Virus record (IMG/VR): IMGVR_UViG_2850808358_000006
Coordinates: 1 to 7,984 of that record
DNA length: 7,984 nucleotides
Reading direction: 5' to 3' (one strand)
Source of the DNA: a virus
Lineage: Duplodnaviria > Heunggongvirae > Uroviricota > Caudoviricetes
Below, in pieces: positions 1 to 6,833 of this stretch (its first letter is position 1; each line of letters begins with the position of its first letter). Made by a program: the position numbers and the translations under genes. Below the pieces are notes generated by a model that was not told where the DNA came from, ran no database searches, and was given only the letters and a program-made list of their open reading frames with translations.

Positions 1-57
1 GGTGCTGTCCTGTAAAGCAATGCGCCTGCGTTCCTCAAACTATGGCGCTGATAGTGG

Positions 58-363
58 CTATTCCTGCTCTTTGACCTTGCGTCGCTGGAGTTCTTCACGC
101 GCGACGGTGACGAGTTGCCCGATCTCCTCGGCGGCTTTGACTCCGATTTTTTCCACCTGCGCTAGGGCATCGAGCGAAGAAACCAGGAGGTTTTCTCCGC
201 TTCCTTCTGCCTGGCGGCGGGCGATTTCACCGCGCATGGCGGTTACTATGAATCCGGCGTTGCTTTCACCGTCCAGTTTTACGGATTCCATGCCTTCAAT
301 AACATCATGCGGGATCCGAGCTGTCAGTGATTGTGATTTTGCGTTTTTTGAACCTGTAGCCAT
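58..363 (-). CDS. ribbon-helix-helix (CopG/Arc-like) DNA-binding protein; candidate repressor divergent from the replication operon
   Basis: Minus-strand ORF (track 58..378, TTG start). I prefer the internal ATG at plus 363-361 because a GAGAGG Shine-Dalgarno lies 6-8 nt upstream (plus 369-377). The N-terminus SLTARIPHDVIEGMESVKLDGESNAGFIVTAMRGEIARR fits a beta-strand/helix/helix RHH pattern by eye. No database search run. Confidence 0.55.
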   Translation of the reverse strand: MATGSKNAKSQSLTARIPHDVIEGMESVKLDGESNAGFIVTAMRGEIARRQAEGSGENLLVSSLDALAQVEKIGVKAAEEIGQLVTVAREELQRRKVKEQE

Positions 364-379
364 CTGTAATCCTCTCAAT

Positions 380-465
380 GAAAGTGTAAGACAATATACA
401 CATAAAAAGTCTTACATAAAAGCATTGACATGTAAGCCACCTATAAATAAAGTTACTTACACCTT
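380..465. promoter_or_regulatory. divergent promoter/operator region: TTGACA (425-430), 17-bp spacer, TAAAGT (448-453), with two inverted-repeat operator candidates
   Basis: Inverted repeat 1: TGTAAGAC (385-392) and GTCTTACA (409-416), 16-bp spacer. Inverted repeat 2: TGTAAG (431-436) and CTTACA (456-461), bracketing the spacer and -10 of the rightward promoter. Lies between the divergent RHH gene and the plus-strand operon. Confidence 0.5.
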
Positions 466-559
466 GTTAATGCAAGGTGCAGAAACGACGAAACCCCGCA
501 CTGTAGGAGCAGTAACGGGGCTTCTAACCACCAACGATAGCAAGATTATCGAGGCAGCT

Positions 560-763
560 ATGAGAAATCATACCATACACCCGCAAGGGCGGGACTCGTA
601 CAACCTGAATAAATACATCTGGCGTTTTATCGCCCTGAGCACCGCACAACCGCGCGTGATTCACATCGTGGCCACCAGCGAACAGGAAGCACGCCAGCAA
701 TCCCCGGCTGGCTGCGTGATGGTATTCGCCGCCCGTATTCGTCAGGGGGTGTGCCATGCCTGA
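560..763 (+). CDS. hypothetical small protein (67 aa), first gene of the rightward operon
   Basis: ATG at 560 preceded by GAGG (551-554). Its stop TGA 761-763 overlaps the next start ATG 756 (ATGCCTGA), suggesting translational coupling. This is the C-terminal part of track ORF 2..763. No recognisable motif. Confidence 0.4.
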   Translation: MRNHTIHPQGRDSYNLNKYIWRFIALSTAQPRVIHIVATSEQEARQQSPAGCVMVFAARIRQGVCHA

Positions 764-1076
764 TATGTCAAATTACCAGTACCTGATTAATCCGCATTTT
801 AACTGTGAGCATGATATTGCTAAAAAGATTTATTCCGCTGCGGATGGGGCTACTGACAATATATCAATGGCTGTTGCGTCAATTGGTAGCCTGATGTGGC
901 ATGCGTCAGAAAATGAGGACTATGACGAAAAGGCCATGCGCATTGATATGGGTAATATCGGTTTGTTACTGGCAATGCTTGGACATTTTGATATTTCGTT
1001 ACGGTGCACCATTGAAAATGCCACAGATGCATTAAATGCTATAAAGAAAGCGAATACTGATTCAAATCGGGGATAA
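756..1076 (+). CDS. hypothetical protein (106 aa), AT-rich accessory-like gene
   Basis: Track ORF 756..1076. GGGGG run (745-749) 6 nt upstream of the ATG; overlaps the upstream stop. Visibly lower GC than flanking genes (by eye, not computed). No recognisable motif. Confidence 0.55.
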   Translation: MPDMSNYQYLINPHFNCEHDIAKKIYSAADGATDNISMAVASIGSLMWHASENEDYDEKAMRIDMGNIGLLLAMLGHFDISLRCTIENATDALNAIKKANTDSNRG

Positions 1077-1082
1077 ATAATC

Positions 1083-1382
1083 ATGAGAACGTATTTATCT
1101 GGCTTGACTGCCAGCGGTTATGCACACCCCCAAATTATCCCCGGCGCTATTTATCTGGATAAGAACGGTAACAGAGTAACGGTAAAAGAACTGATGTTTG
1201 ACCGTGTGTATTTTATCCGTGATGGCTATTCATTTCTTAGTTCGCTGAACGTGGAGATCTTTATTAGCAGATTCAGGCGGGAAATCCCGCTTTCCAGAAA
1301 TAACCATGTGTCATGTATGGATGTTGATAAAAAACTACAGGAACTAAAAAACATGATTGCCGCGTGGAGAGAGCAGAAATGA
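1083..1382 (+). CDS. hypothetical protein (99 aa), AT-rich accessory-like gene
   Basis: Track ORF 1083..1382. Stop TGA 1380-1382 overlaps the primase ATG 1379-1381 (ATGA), suggesting coupling. Lower GC by eye. No recognisable motif. Confidence 0.55.
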   Translation: MRTYLSGLTASGYAHPQIIPGAIYLDKNGNRVTVKELMFDRVYFIRDGYSFLSSLNVEIFISRFRREIPLSRNNHVSCMDVDKKLQELKNMIAAWREQK

Positions 1383-2500
1383 AAAAAGCGCCAAATTTAA
1401 AACACCAGCCGCGTGACAAAATGACGGAAGTCATCATTTTTGCGGGTAGTGATGCGTGGGCACATGCGAAACAGTGGCAGGAACAGGACGGGCGACTGGC
1501 TGGCGATAACGTGCCACCTGTCTGGCTTGGAGAGCAACAACTTGCCGAACTGGACAACCTGCAAATCGTACCGGACGGACGCTATCGCGTGCGTCTCTAT
1601 CAGGCGGGGTTATTGCGTCCGGGGCTTGTTAATACCATCGGGCAGAAACTGGCAGTGGCAGGTGTCAGGGATGCTGATTATTACCCTGAAGGAATGCACA
1701 GCCAGAAACGGGAGAACTGGCGCGAATATCTGGAACGTGAACGGGCAGAGCAGGCGGAAAAGAAAAAGGTAGTTGAACTGCCTGTAAAGAAAAAAGAGCC
1801 ATGCTATCAGGATGATGAATTAAAGCCCCGCGTTGAAAGTCGCGTCGATGGTGTTTTCTGGGTAACGCCCAAAGTGGATAAGCAGTCAGGCGAAATTATC
1901 CGGCCTGAGACGTGGTTATGTTCTCCGCTTGAACTACTGGGAACGGGGACGATCGGTAAAGAGCATTACCGCGTGATGCGCTGGAAAAAATTAGCAAACC
2001 ATGAAGTCATCACAATGGCGATCCCGTGTGGTGGCATTGGCGACCGTGACGGCTGGCGGTTGCTTAAAGATCACGGGCTGAACGTGACAACAAACGGCAA
2101 ATACAGGGCTATCCTGGCTGACTGGATGCAGTTAAGCGGAAGCCATGAGGAATGGCAGCTAAGCACAACAACGGGCTGGCATTTTGGCGCGTATATCATG
2201 CCGGACGGCTCAATCATTGGTGATTCTGAAAAACCGATCCTGTTTACCGGAAAAAGTGCCGCTGTTAATGGCTATTCGGTTGCGGGTACGGCGGAGGGCT
2301 GGCGCGACTGCGTGGCGCGGCTGGCTGGTGGCAATCCGTCCATGATGCTGGGTGTTGCCACGTCACTGGCAGCACCTTTGATTGGCCTTGTTGGTGCTGA
2401 CGGCTTCGGGTACATCTTTTCGAACAGTCATCGGCAGGGAAAACCACCACGCAGAACATCGCATCAAGTTTATGGGGAGAGCCGGACGCACAACGGCTGA
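1379..2500 (+). CDS. primase-helicase, N-terminal fragment (Toprim-like primase region); reading frame breaks near 2411-2416
   Basis: Track ORF 1364..2500 (GTG). I prefer ATG 1379, preceded by GGAGAGAG (1366-1373). Toprim-like segment TEVIIFAGSDAW ... RDADYY by eye. The frame-2 tail after about 2413 (IFSNSHRQGKPPRRTSHQVYGESRTHNG) looks like out-of-frame translation because the conserved helicase motifs continue in frame 1. Confidence 0.6.
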   Translation: MKKAPNLKHQPRDKMTEVIIFAGSDAWAHAKQWQEQDGRLAGDNVPPVWLGEQQLAELDNLQIVPDGRYRVRLYQAGLLRPGLVNTIGQKLAVAGVRDADYYPEGMHSQKRENWREYLERERAEQAEKKKVVELPVKKKEPCYQDDELKPRVESRVDGVFWVTPKVDKQSGEIIRPETWLCSPLELLGTGTIGKEHYRVMRWKKLANHEVITMAIPCGGIGDRDGWRLLKDHGLNVTTNGKYRAILADWMQLSGSHEEWQLSTTTGWHFGAYIMPDGSIIGDSEKPILFTGKSAAVNGYSVAGTAEGWRDCVARLAGGNPSMMLGVATSLAAPLIGLVGADGFGYIFSNSHRQGKPPRRTSHQVYGESRTHNG

Positions 2501-2601
2501 CCTGGTACGGCACAGCGTTAGGTATCGCTAACGAGGCAGAGGCGCACAACGACGGGCTGTTACCCCTGGATGAAATAGGCCAGGCCGGAAACGCGCGGGA
2601 G

Positions 2602-3501
2602 GTGTCCACGTCAGCCTATACGTTGTTTAACGGTTCCGGGAAATTACAGGGGGCGAAGGACGGCGGCAACCGGGAGATAAAACACTGGCGCACGGTGGCA
2701 ATCAGCACCGGAGAAATGGACGTTGAGACATTCCTCAAAACGGAGGGGATAAAAGTCAAAGCGGGGCAGCTTGTCCGCCTGCTTAACGTTCCGATGGAAA
2801 AAGCCACGCACTTTCACGAATACAGCACCGGAAAGGCGCACGCAGACGCGTTAAAGGATGCCTGGACAGAAAATCACGGGGCAGCGGGTCGTGAGTGGGT
2901 TAAATGGCTGGCAGGCCACCAGCAGGAGGCAAAGGATACGGTAAGGGAATGCCGCGAACGGTGGCGCAACCTGATACCGGAGAGCTACGGCGAGCAGGTC
3001 CACCGCGTGGGTGAGCGTTTCGCCATACTGGAGGCCGCGCTTGTGCTTTCCTGTCATGTAACTGGCTGGGCCGCGCAGGAATGCCGGGACGCAATACAGC
3101 ATAACTTTAATGCCTGGGTGAAGGAGTTCGGCACGGGTAACAGGGAATTTAAACAGATGGTTGAACAGGCTGAGGCGTTTTTGTCGTCGTTCGGGTTCAG
3201 TCGATACCTTCCTTACCCAAACAGTGATGAACGTGATTTACCGATTAAAGACCTTGCCGGATACAGAAAGGGGAGTATCAGAAATGAAGATGATGAGTTC
3301 CGTTTTTACACGTTTCCTCATGTGTTTGAGGGGGAGATCGCACAGGGATTTAACCCGTCCCACTTTGCCCGCGCGTTGAGTGCTGCCGGAATGCTGGAAG
3401 CGGGTAACGATCGCCGTTACAAGAAAAAGGCTCTCGGCAAAATTGGGGGGAAGCAGCATGTTTTTTACGTGCTGATGTTCCAGCCTGAGGCAGAAGATTA
3501 A
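2602..3501 (+). CDS. primase-helicase, C-terminal fragment (SF3/D5-like or DUF927-like helicase); homology extends upstream to about 2413 in the same frame
   Basis: Track ORF 2602..3501 (GTG). My manual frame-1 translation from 2413 gives HLFEQSSAGKTTTQNIASSLWGEPDAQRLTWYGTALGIANEAEAHNDGLLPLDEIGQAGNAREV, with Walker A (GKTT) at 2437-2448 and a Walker B-like LLPLDE at 2557-2574, then running into the track ORF. This means the two fragments are one gene split by a frameshift. Confidence 0.6.
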   Translation: MSTSAYTLFNGSGKLQGAKDGGNREIKHWRTVAISTGEMDVETFLKTEGIKVKAGQLVRLLNVPMEKATHFHEYSTGKAHADALKDAWTENHGAAGREWVKWLAGHQQEAKDTVRECRERWRNLIPESYGEQVHRVGERFAILEAALVLSCHVTGWAAQECRDAIQHNFNAWVKEFGTGNREFKQMVEQAEAFLSSFGFSRYLPYPNSDERDLPIKDLAGYRKGSIRNEDDEFRFYTFPHVFEGEIAQGFNPSHFARALSAAGMLEAGNDRRYKKKALGKIGGKQHVFYVLMFQPEAED

Positions 3502-3523
3502 CCCCCTGTGTGAGGTGAAAAGT

Positions 3524-3840
3524 TGCGGGTTATGCGGGTTACTCTGTGTATAAGTGCATTAACTGCATGAATAAAAAGGAAATCAATAACCCGCACGTAA
3601 CCCGCAAAACGGCAGTTATAACCCGCAAAAGTGCGATTATAACCCGCAGATGAATAACAGGAAGTGACAGCAAACAGCCACGCGTAACCCGCAGAAAAAA
3701 AACCGTTTGCGGGTTATTTTGAGCATTTTGCGGGTTACGCCACGGCTAAACAGTAAACAGTTAATTTTGTAATGTATTGATATTAAGGAATAAAAAATAC
3801 TTAGCAAGCGAAGATAACCCGCTAACCCGCATAACCCGCA
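3524..3840. repeat. iteron array (9-mer TAACCCGCA / TGCGGGTTA, about 12 copies) around an AT-rich core; putative origin of replication
   Basis: Reverse copies at 3524-3532, 3533-3541, 3708-3716, 3729-3737. Forward copies at 3587-3595, 3598-3606, 3619-3627, 3640-3648, 3685-3693, and three tandem copies across 3814-3840. AT-rich stretch about 3740-3812. Sits immediately 3' of the helicase gene, as in SaPI/PICI-type origins. Confidence 0.7.
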
Positions 3841-3879
3841 CTGTTTTGTATATATATACGAAAAATTGAGATCTGAACT

Positions 3880-4122
3880 ATGAAGGCAAACCGCAAACAA
3901 CCACACTACCGCGCTATTGACCTTACAGAGCACTGGCTGAGAGTGGCGATAAAAATCATCGACCGAAACACGGGGGAAGGATATGCAAAAGCACATCCCG
4001 AACTGATAAGCGCATTCATGACAACGGCAGCTGCAAACTTTGCCACGTTGACAGAACGGGAGATTGCCGAAGCGGAACAGGTAACAACCATCAACGTTAA
4101 AACCGGAGAGCAGACAGCATGA
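3880..4122 (+). CDS. hypothetical protein (80 aa)
   Basis: Track ORF 3880..4122. Stop TGA 4120-4122 overlaps the SSB ATG 4119 (ATGA). Weak Shine-Dalgarno. A TATATATA box (about 3849-3858) immediately follows the last iterons. Confidence 0.5.
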   Translation: MKANRKQPHYRAIDLTEHWLRVAIKIIDRNTGEGYAKAHPELISAFMTTAAANFATLTEREIAEAEQVTTINVKTGEQTA

Positions 4123-4541
4123 CAGCACAGATAGCGGCTTACGGGCGGCTGGTGGCTGACCCGCAGTTAAAGACCACCAGCAAGGGTACACAAATGACGA
4201 TGGCTAGTATGGCGGTACCCCTTCCGTGCAGCCAGGCAGATGACGGAACGGCGACGATGTGGTTATCCGTCCTGGCGTTTGGCAGACAGGCCGACGCACT
4301 GGCAAAACACCACAAAGGCGAACTGGTGAGCGTGGCGGGTAACATGCAGGTAAGCCAGTGGACAGGCCAGAACGGCGAAACGCGGCAGGGCTGGCAGGTT
4401 ATCGCAGACAGCGTAATCAGTGCGAGAACGGCGCGACCGGGCGGAAAAAAAGGCCAGCAGGGGCAGGCTACTGACGCACTGAACAGGGCAAAACAACAGG
4501 CGGGTAACGATGATCCGTACGGGGATAACATACCGTTTTAA
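4119..4541 (+). CDS. ssb: single-stranded DNA-binding protein (SSB family, short form, 140 aa)
   Basis: OB-fold pattern similar to E. coli SSB by eye: MWLSVLAFGRQADALAKHHKGELVSVAGNMQVSQWTGQNGETRQGWQV compared with [43 protein letters not shown]. Gly/Gln-rich linker and C-terminal tip DDPYGDNIPF, matching the conserved SSB protein-interaction tail that ends in IPF. Confidence 0.8.
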   Translation: MTAQIAAYGRLVADPQLKTTSKGTQMTMASMAVPLPCSQADDGTATMWLSVLAFGRQADALAKHHKGELVSVAGNMQVSQWTGQNGETRQGWQVIADSVISARTARPGGKKGQQGQATDALNRAKQQAGNDDPYGDNIPF

Positions 4542-4556
4542 ACAACGAGTAACAGA

Positions 4557-4579
4557 AGCCGGAGAAGTCCGGCTTTTTT
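4557..4579 (+). terminator. rho-independent terminator after ssb
   Basis: Stem AGCCGGA (4557-4563) and TCCGGCT (4568-4574), loop GAAG, followed by a T-run through 4579. Confidence 0.75.
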
Positions 4580-4585
4580 ATGCCC

Positions 4586-4626
4586 AAAAAAAGCCCGATA
4601 AGGTCAGAGGGTCTTATCGGGCTTTT
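4586..4626. terminator. second hairpin, bidirectional-terminator-like (A-run, 11-bp stem, T-run)
   Basis: A7 (4586-4592); stem AGCCCGATAAG (4592-4602) and CTTATCGGGCT (4613-4623); 10-nt loop; TTTT (4623-4626). Confidence 0.55.
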
Positions 4627-4707
4627 GCATATGAGGCTTTTATCTAACAGTATGGTAACTACTGTTGTCGGAGATAATTTCATAATTTGCAACACAACTC
4701 AACATTA

Positions 4708-4764
4708 TTGCGTAAAATGAAATCATGATTATAATCACAACTGGATGAACATCCAGTTGTGATT
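4708..4764 (+). promoter_or_regulatory. candidate promoter of the capsid operon (TTGCGT -35, perfect TATAAT -10 at 4730-4735) overlapped by a perfect 15-bp palindrome
   Basis: AATCACAACTGGATG (4733-4747), 2-bp centre, CATCCAGTTGTGATT (4750-4764), then TTTT. The palindrome begins inside the -10 hexamer, so it is either an operator for a dimeric regulator or an RNA hairpin. Confidence 0.45.
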
Positions 4765-4791
4765 TTTAACGTCAAAGAGGAATTTCCGACT

Positions 4792-4998
4792 ATGGCAGAA
4801 GAGAAAAAAGGCGGGGTGACAGTTTACATAAGCCCAGACATCGTGGAGGCGCTCAGGGAACGCCACCAGCAGAACGTAAAAGCAGGCATTGCGGCAGGAC
4901 TTGATCCGCTGGCGATGGTTGAGCCGTCAACAGGCTGGCAGGTACGCGCCTATTTACGCGCGGCGCTGGGCATGAATCAGACGCATGGAGGTGAATAA
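4792..4998 (+). CDS. hypothetical small protein (68 aa) preceding the major capsid gene
   Basis: Track ORF 4759..4998 (GTG). I prefer ATG 4792 with AAGAGG (4775-4780) upstream. Stop TAA 4996-4998 overlaps the capsid ATG 4998 (TAATG). Function unknown; a scaffold or regulatory role is speculation. Confidence 0.45.
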   Translation: MAEEKKGGVTVYISPDIVEALRERHQQNVKAGIAAGLDPLAMVEPSTGWQVRAYLRAALGMNQTHGGE

Positions 4999-6053
4999 TG
5001 GCAGGCAAAGCAACGGCACTTAACACTAACCAGCTTTTCGCGTACCTGAATCGCGGGGATATTGCGGAATTTAAATTCAGTCCGCTGTTTACCACGCTGT
5101 TTTTCCCGAACGTGGCGACATTCAACACCCAAAACATCATGCTGGACACCCTGGACATTGAAGAGGTTACGATGTCGGCGTTTTGTTCGCCTATGGTGGG
5201 TAGTCAGGTCCAGCGCGATAAAGGGTACGAAACCAGCACGATTAAACCTGGATACATGAAGCCGAAGCACGAAATCGATCCAACGAAAACCATCATGCGT
5301 ATGGCTGGAGAAGATCCGGCACAGCTTAATGACCCAACCTATCGCCGTATGCGCCTGATTACTGGCAACATGCGCCGCCAGATAAACGCCATTAAGGCAC
5401 GCGTGGAATGGCTGGCGGTGAATGCGATAACGACCGGAAAAAACATCATTGAGGGCGAAGGCATAGAACGCTATGAAATAGACTGGAAGATCCCAAGTAA
5501 AAATATCGCCAGACAGGGACCGGGTAAAAAGTGGTCAGAGGCAGATAAGGAAACACACGATCCAATCTATGACATCGAGCTTTATGCTGATCAGGCTGGT
5601 TGCCCCGCAAACGTCATGATTATGGGCGCTGAGGTATGGCGCACGTTACGCAGCTTTAAAAAATTCCGTGAGCTGTACGATCTTTCCCGTGGTTCAGAAT
5701 CCTCCGCCGAACTGGCCTGTAAAAACCTGGGCGAAGTGGTGAGCTTTAAAGGCTATCTGGGCGATATTGCCCTTATCGTCTATTCCGGCAAATACGCCGA
5801 CAGCGACGGCACAGAAAAATATTTCCTTGAACCTGATTTGCTGGTCCTGGGCAACACCAACAATAAAGGGCTGGTGGCCTATGGTGCGATTATGGATCAG
5901 GACGCAGTAAGAACGGGGGCAACGCAAAACATGTACTACCCGAAAAACTGGATTGAGGACGGCGATCCGGCGATTGAGTACGTGCAGACGCACAGCGCAC
6001 CGCAGCCGGTTCCGGCAGATATTCGCAAATTTGTTACTGTCAAAATTGCTTAA
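4998..6053 (+). CDS. major capsid protein, phage lambda gpE family (351 aa)
   Basis: Colinear with lambda gpE by eye along the whole length. Examples (window vs lambda): FKFSPLFTTLFFPN vs FKFDPLFLRLFFRE; KPGYMKPKHEIDPT vs TPGYVKPKHEVNPQ; DPTYRRMRLITGNMRR vs DPAYRRRRIIMQNMRD; FKGYLGDIALIVYSGKY vs YKGMYGDVAIVVYSGQY; VLGNTNNKGLVAYGAIMDQDA vs VLGNTQARGLRTYGCIQDADA; YYPKNWIEDGDPAIEY vs RYPKNWVTTGDPAREF. GGAGGTGA Shine-Dalgarno at 4987-4994. Confidence 0.9.
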   Translation: MAGKATALNTNQLFAYLNRGDIAEFKFSPLFTTLFFPNVATFNTQNIMLDTLDIEEVTMSAFCSPMVGSQVQRDKGYETSTIKPGYMKPKHEIDPTKTIMRMAGEDPAQLNDPTYRRMRLITGNMRRQINAIKARVEWLAVNAITTGKNIIEGEGIERYEIDWKIPSKNIARQGPGKKWSEADKETHDPIYDIELYADQAGCPANVMIMGAEVWRTLRSFKKFRELYDLSRGSESSAELACKNLGEVVSFKGYLGDIALIVYSGKYADSDGTEKYFLEPDLLVLGNTNNKGLVAYGAIMDQDAVRTGATQNMYYPKNWIEDGDPAIEYVQTHSAPQPVPADIRKFVTVKIA

Positions 6054-6064
6054 CGGGGGATTCT

Positions 6065-6400
6065 ATGGACACTCCATACATTGAGTTATTTGCAGGCAGC
6101 CAGCAGGTATCCACGACGCTGGTACATTTTGCCGCTGATGCTGGCGTTATTCAGGAATTTACCCCGCTGATGCTGGCGGACAATGGCGAGTTTAAGGCGT
6201 GGGATGGTCAGGAATCTGGCAAGGCTGTTTATCTGACCTCGTACCCCGTGGACACGTCGACGCAGAAATCAGCACAGTGTTACAAGACGGGGATATTTAA
6301 TATCGCCGCCGTTAACTGGCCTGAGAGCGTCGACACCGACGCGAAAAAATGCGCCGCCTTTGCGGGTTCTGGTGTATCTGTTCAGCCGCTGGCGCGATAA
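6065..6400 (+). CDS. head decoration protein, phage lambda gpD family (111 aa)
   Basis: By-eye alignment with lambda gpD: TPLMLADNGEFKAWDG vs TPLMLDTSSRKLVAWDG; YKTGIFNIAAVNWPESVDTDAKKCAAFAGSGVSV vs [40 protein letters not shown] Shine-Dalgarno at 6055-6060. Confidence 0.85.
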   Translation: MDTPYIELFAGSQQVSTTLVHFAADAGVIQEFTPLMLADNGEFKAWDGQESGKAVYLTSYPVDTSTQKSAQCYKTGIFNIAAVNWPESVDTDAKKCAAFAGSGVSVQPLAR

Positions 6401-6413
6401 GCAGGGGGGAACG

Positions 6414-6827
6414 ATGGCAACGAATGAAAGTATCATGGCGCTACCGCTGGCGAGTAAATTTAAAGCTGAAGCGCGGGCAATGGCTGACAGATGTCTATCA
6501 ACCTACGAAGCTATATATCAACTTAACAAACTGGAAGAACAGGACAAGCCGCGCGCTGATGCGATTATGTCGCTTCATGAATCTGACGACTATCAGCCGC
6601 TGTTACGTGCAATGGCAAACGTGCCTTGTATTGATGTTGATACGGCTAAAAACATCCTGAACATGACCATAGAGCAGGAACGCCAGAAGGTTGCACCAGA
6701 GCTTACCGCAGCCTTTGAAAACTTTATGGACATGCACAGCCCACAAGCCGTATCAGCTGGCATGGCATACGATGGCAGAAACCCGGGCGATGACGGCGAC
6801 ATTGATCGCATACTGAAAACCATCTGA
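6414..6827 (+). CDS. hypothetical protein (137 aa), last gene of the capsid operon
   Basis: Track ORF 6360..6827 trimmed to ATG 6414, which follows a GGGGGGA run (6404-6410). Followed by a terminator. No recognisable motif; not obviously lambda FI or FII. Confidence 0.6.
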   Translation: MATNESIMALPLASKFKAEARAMADRCLSTYEAIYQLNKLEEQDKPRADAIMSLHESDDYQPLLRAMANVPCIDVDTAKNILNMTIEQERQKVAPELTAAFENFMDMHSPQAVSAGMAYDGRNPGDDGDIDRILKTI

Positions 6828-6833
6828 GACAAG

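Noticed and set aside
524-757. Minus-strand track ORF (77 aa) opposite the 560-763 gene
   Set aside because: No convincing ribosome-binding site, and a Gly/His-rich translation. The plus-strand ORF fits the operon structure better.
2-763. Long plus-strand track ORF (253 aa) running from the window edge to 763
   Set aside because: It reads antisense through the better-supported minus-strand RHH gene and straight across the promoter/operator region. Only its last 67 codons (560-763), which have their own Shine-Dalgarno and are coupled to the next gene, were kept.
1440-1772. Alternative-frame plus ORF (110 aa) inside the primase region
   Set aside because: It overlaps the primase reading frame, which carries the Toprim-like motifs. 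The Arg-rich translation is typical of an off-frame read of GC-rich coding sequence.
2398-2420. Programmed ribosomal frameshift in the primase-helicase gene
   Set aside because: No slippery heptamer or downstream structure is evident at the shift point. A 1-bp deletion or sequencing error is the more economical explanation.
3524-3840. Possible CRISPR array, because of the many short repeats
   Set aside because: The repeat unit is only 9 bp, occurs in both orientations, and has irregular spacing with no uniform spacers. This is typical of origin iterons, not CRISPR.
3637-4191. Minus-strand 184-aa track ORF
   Set aside because: It spans the iteron array, the AT-rich origin core and the plus-strand 3880 ORF. 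The Cys/Leu/Phe-rich translation looks like an artefact of AT-rich and repetitive DNA.
5694-5993. Minus-strand track ORF (99 aa) inside the capsid gene
   Set aside because: It is entirely antisense to the strongly supported gpE-like gene, so it is a shadow ORF.
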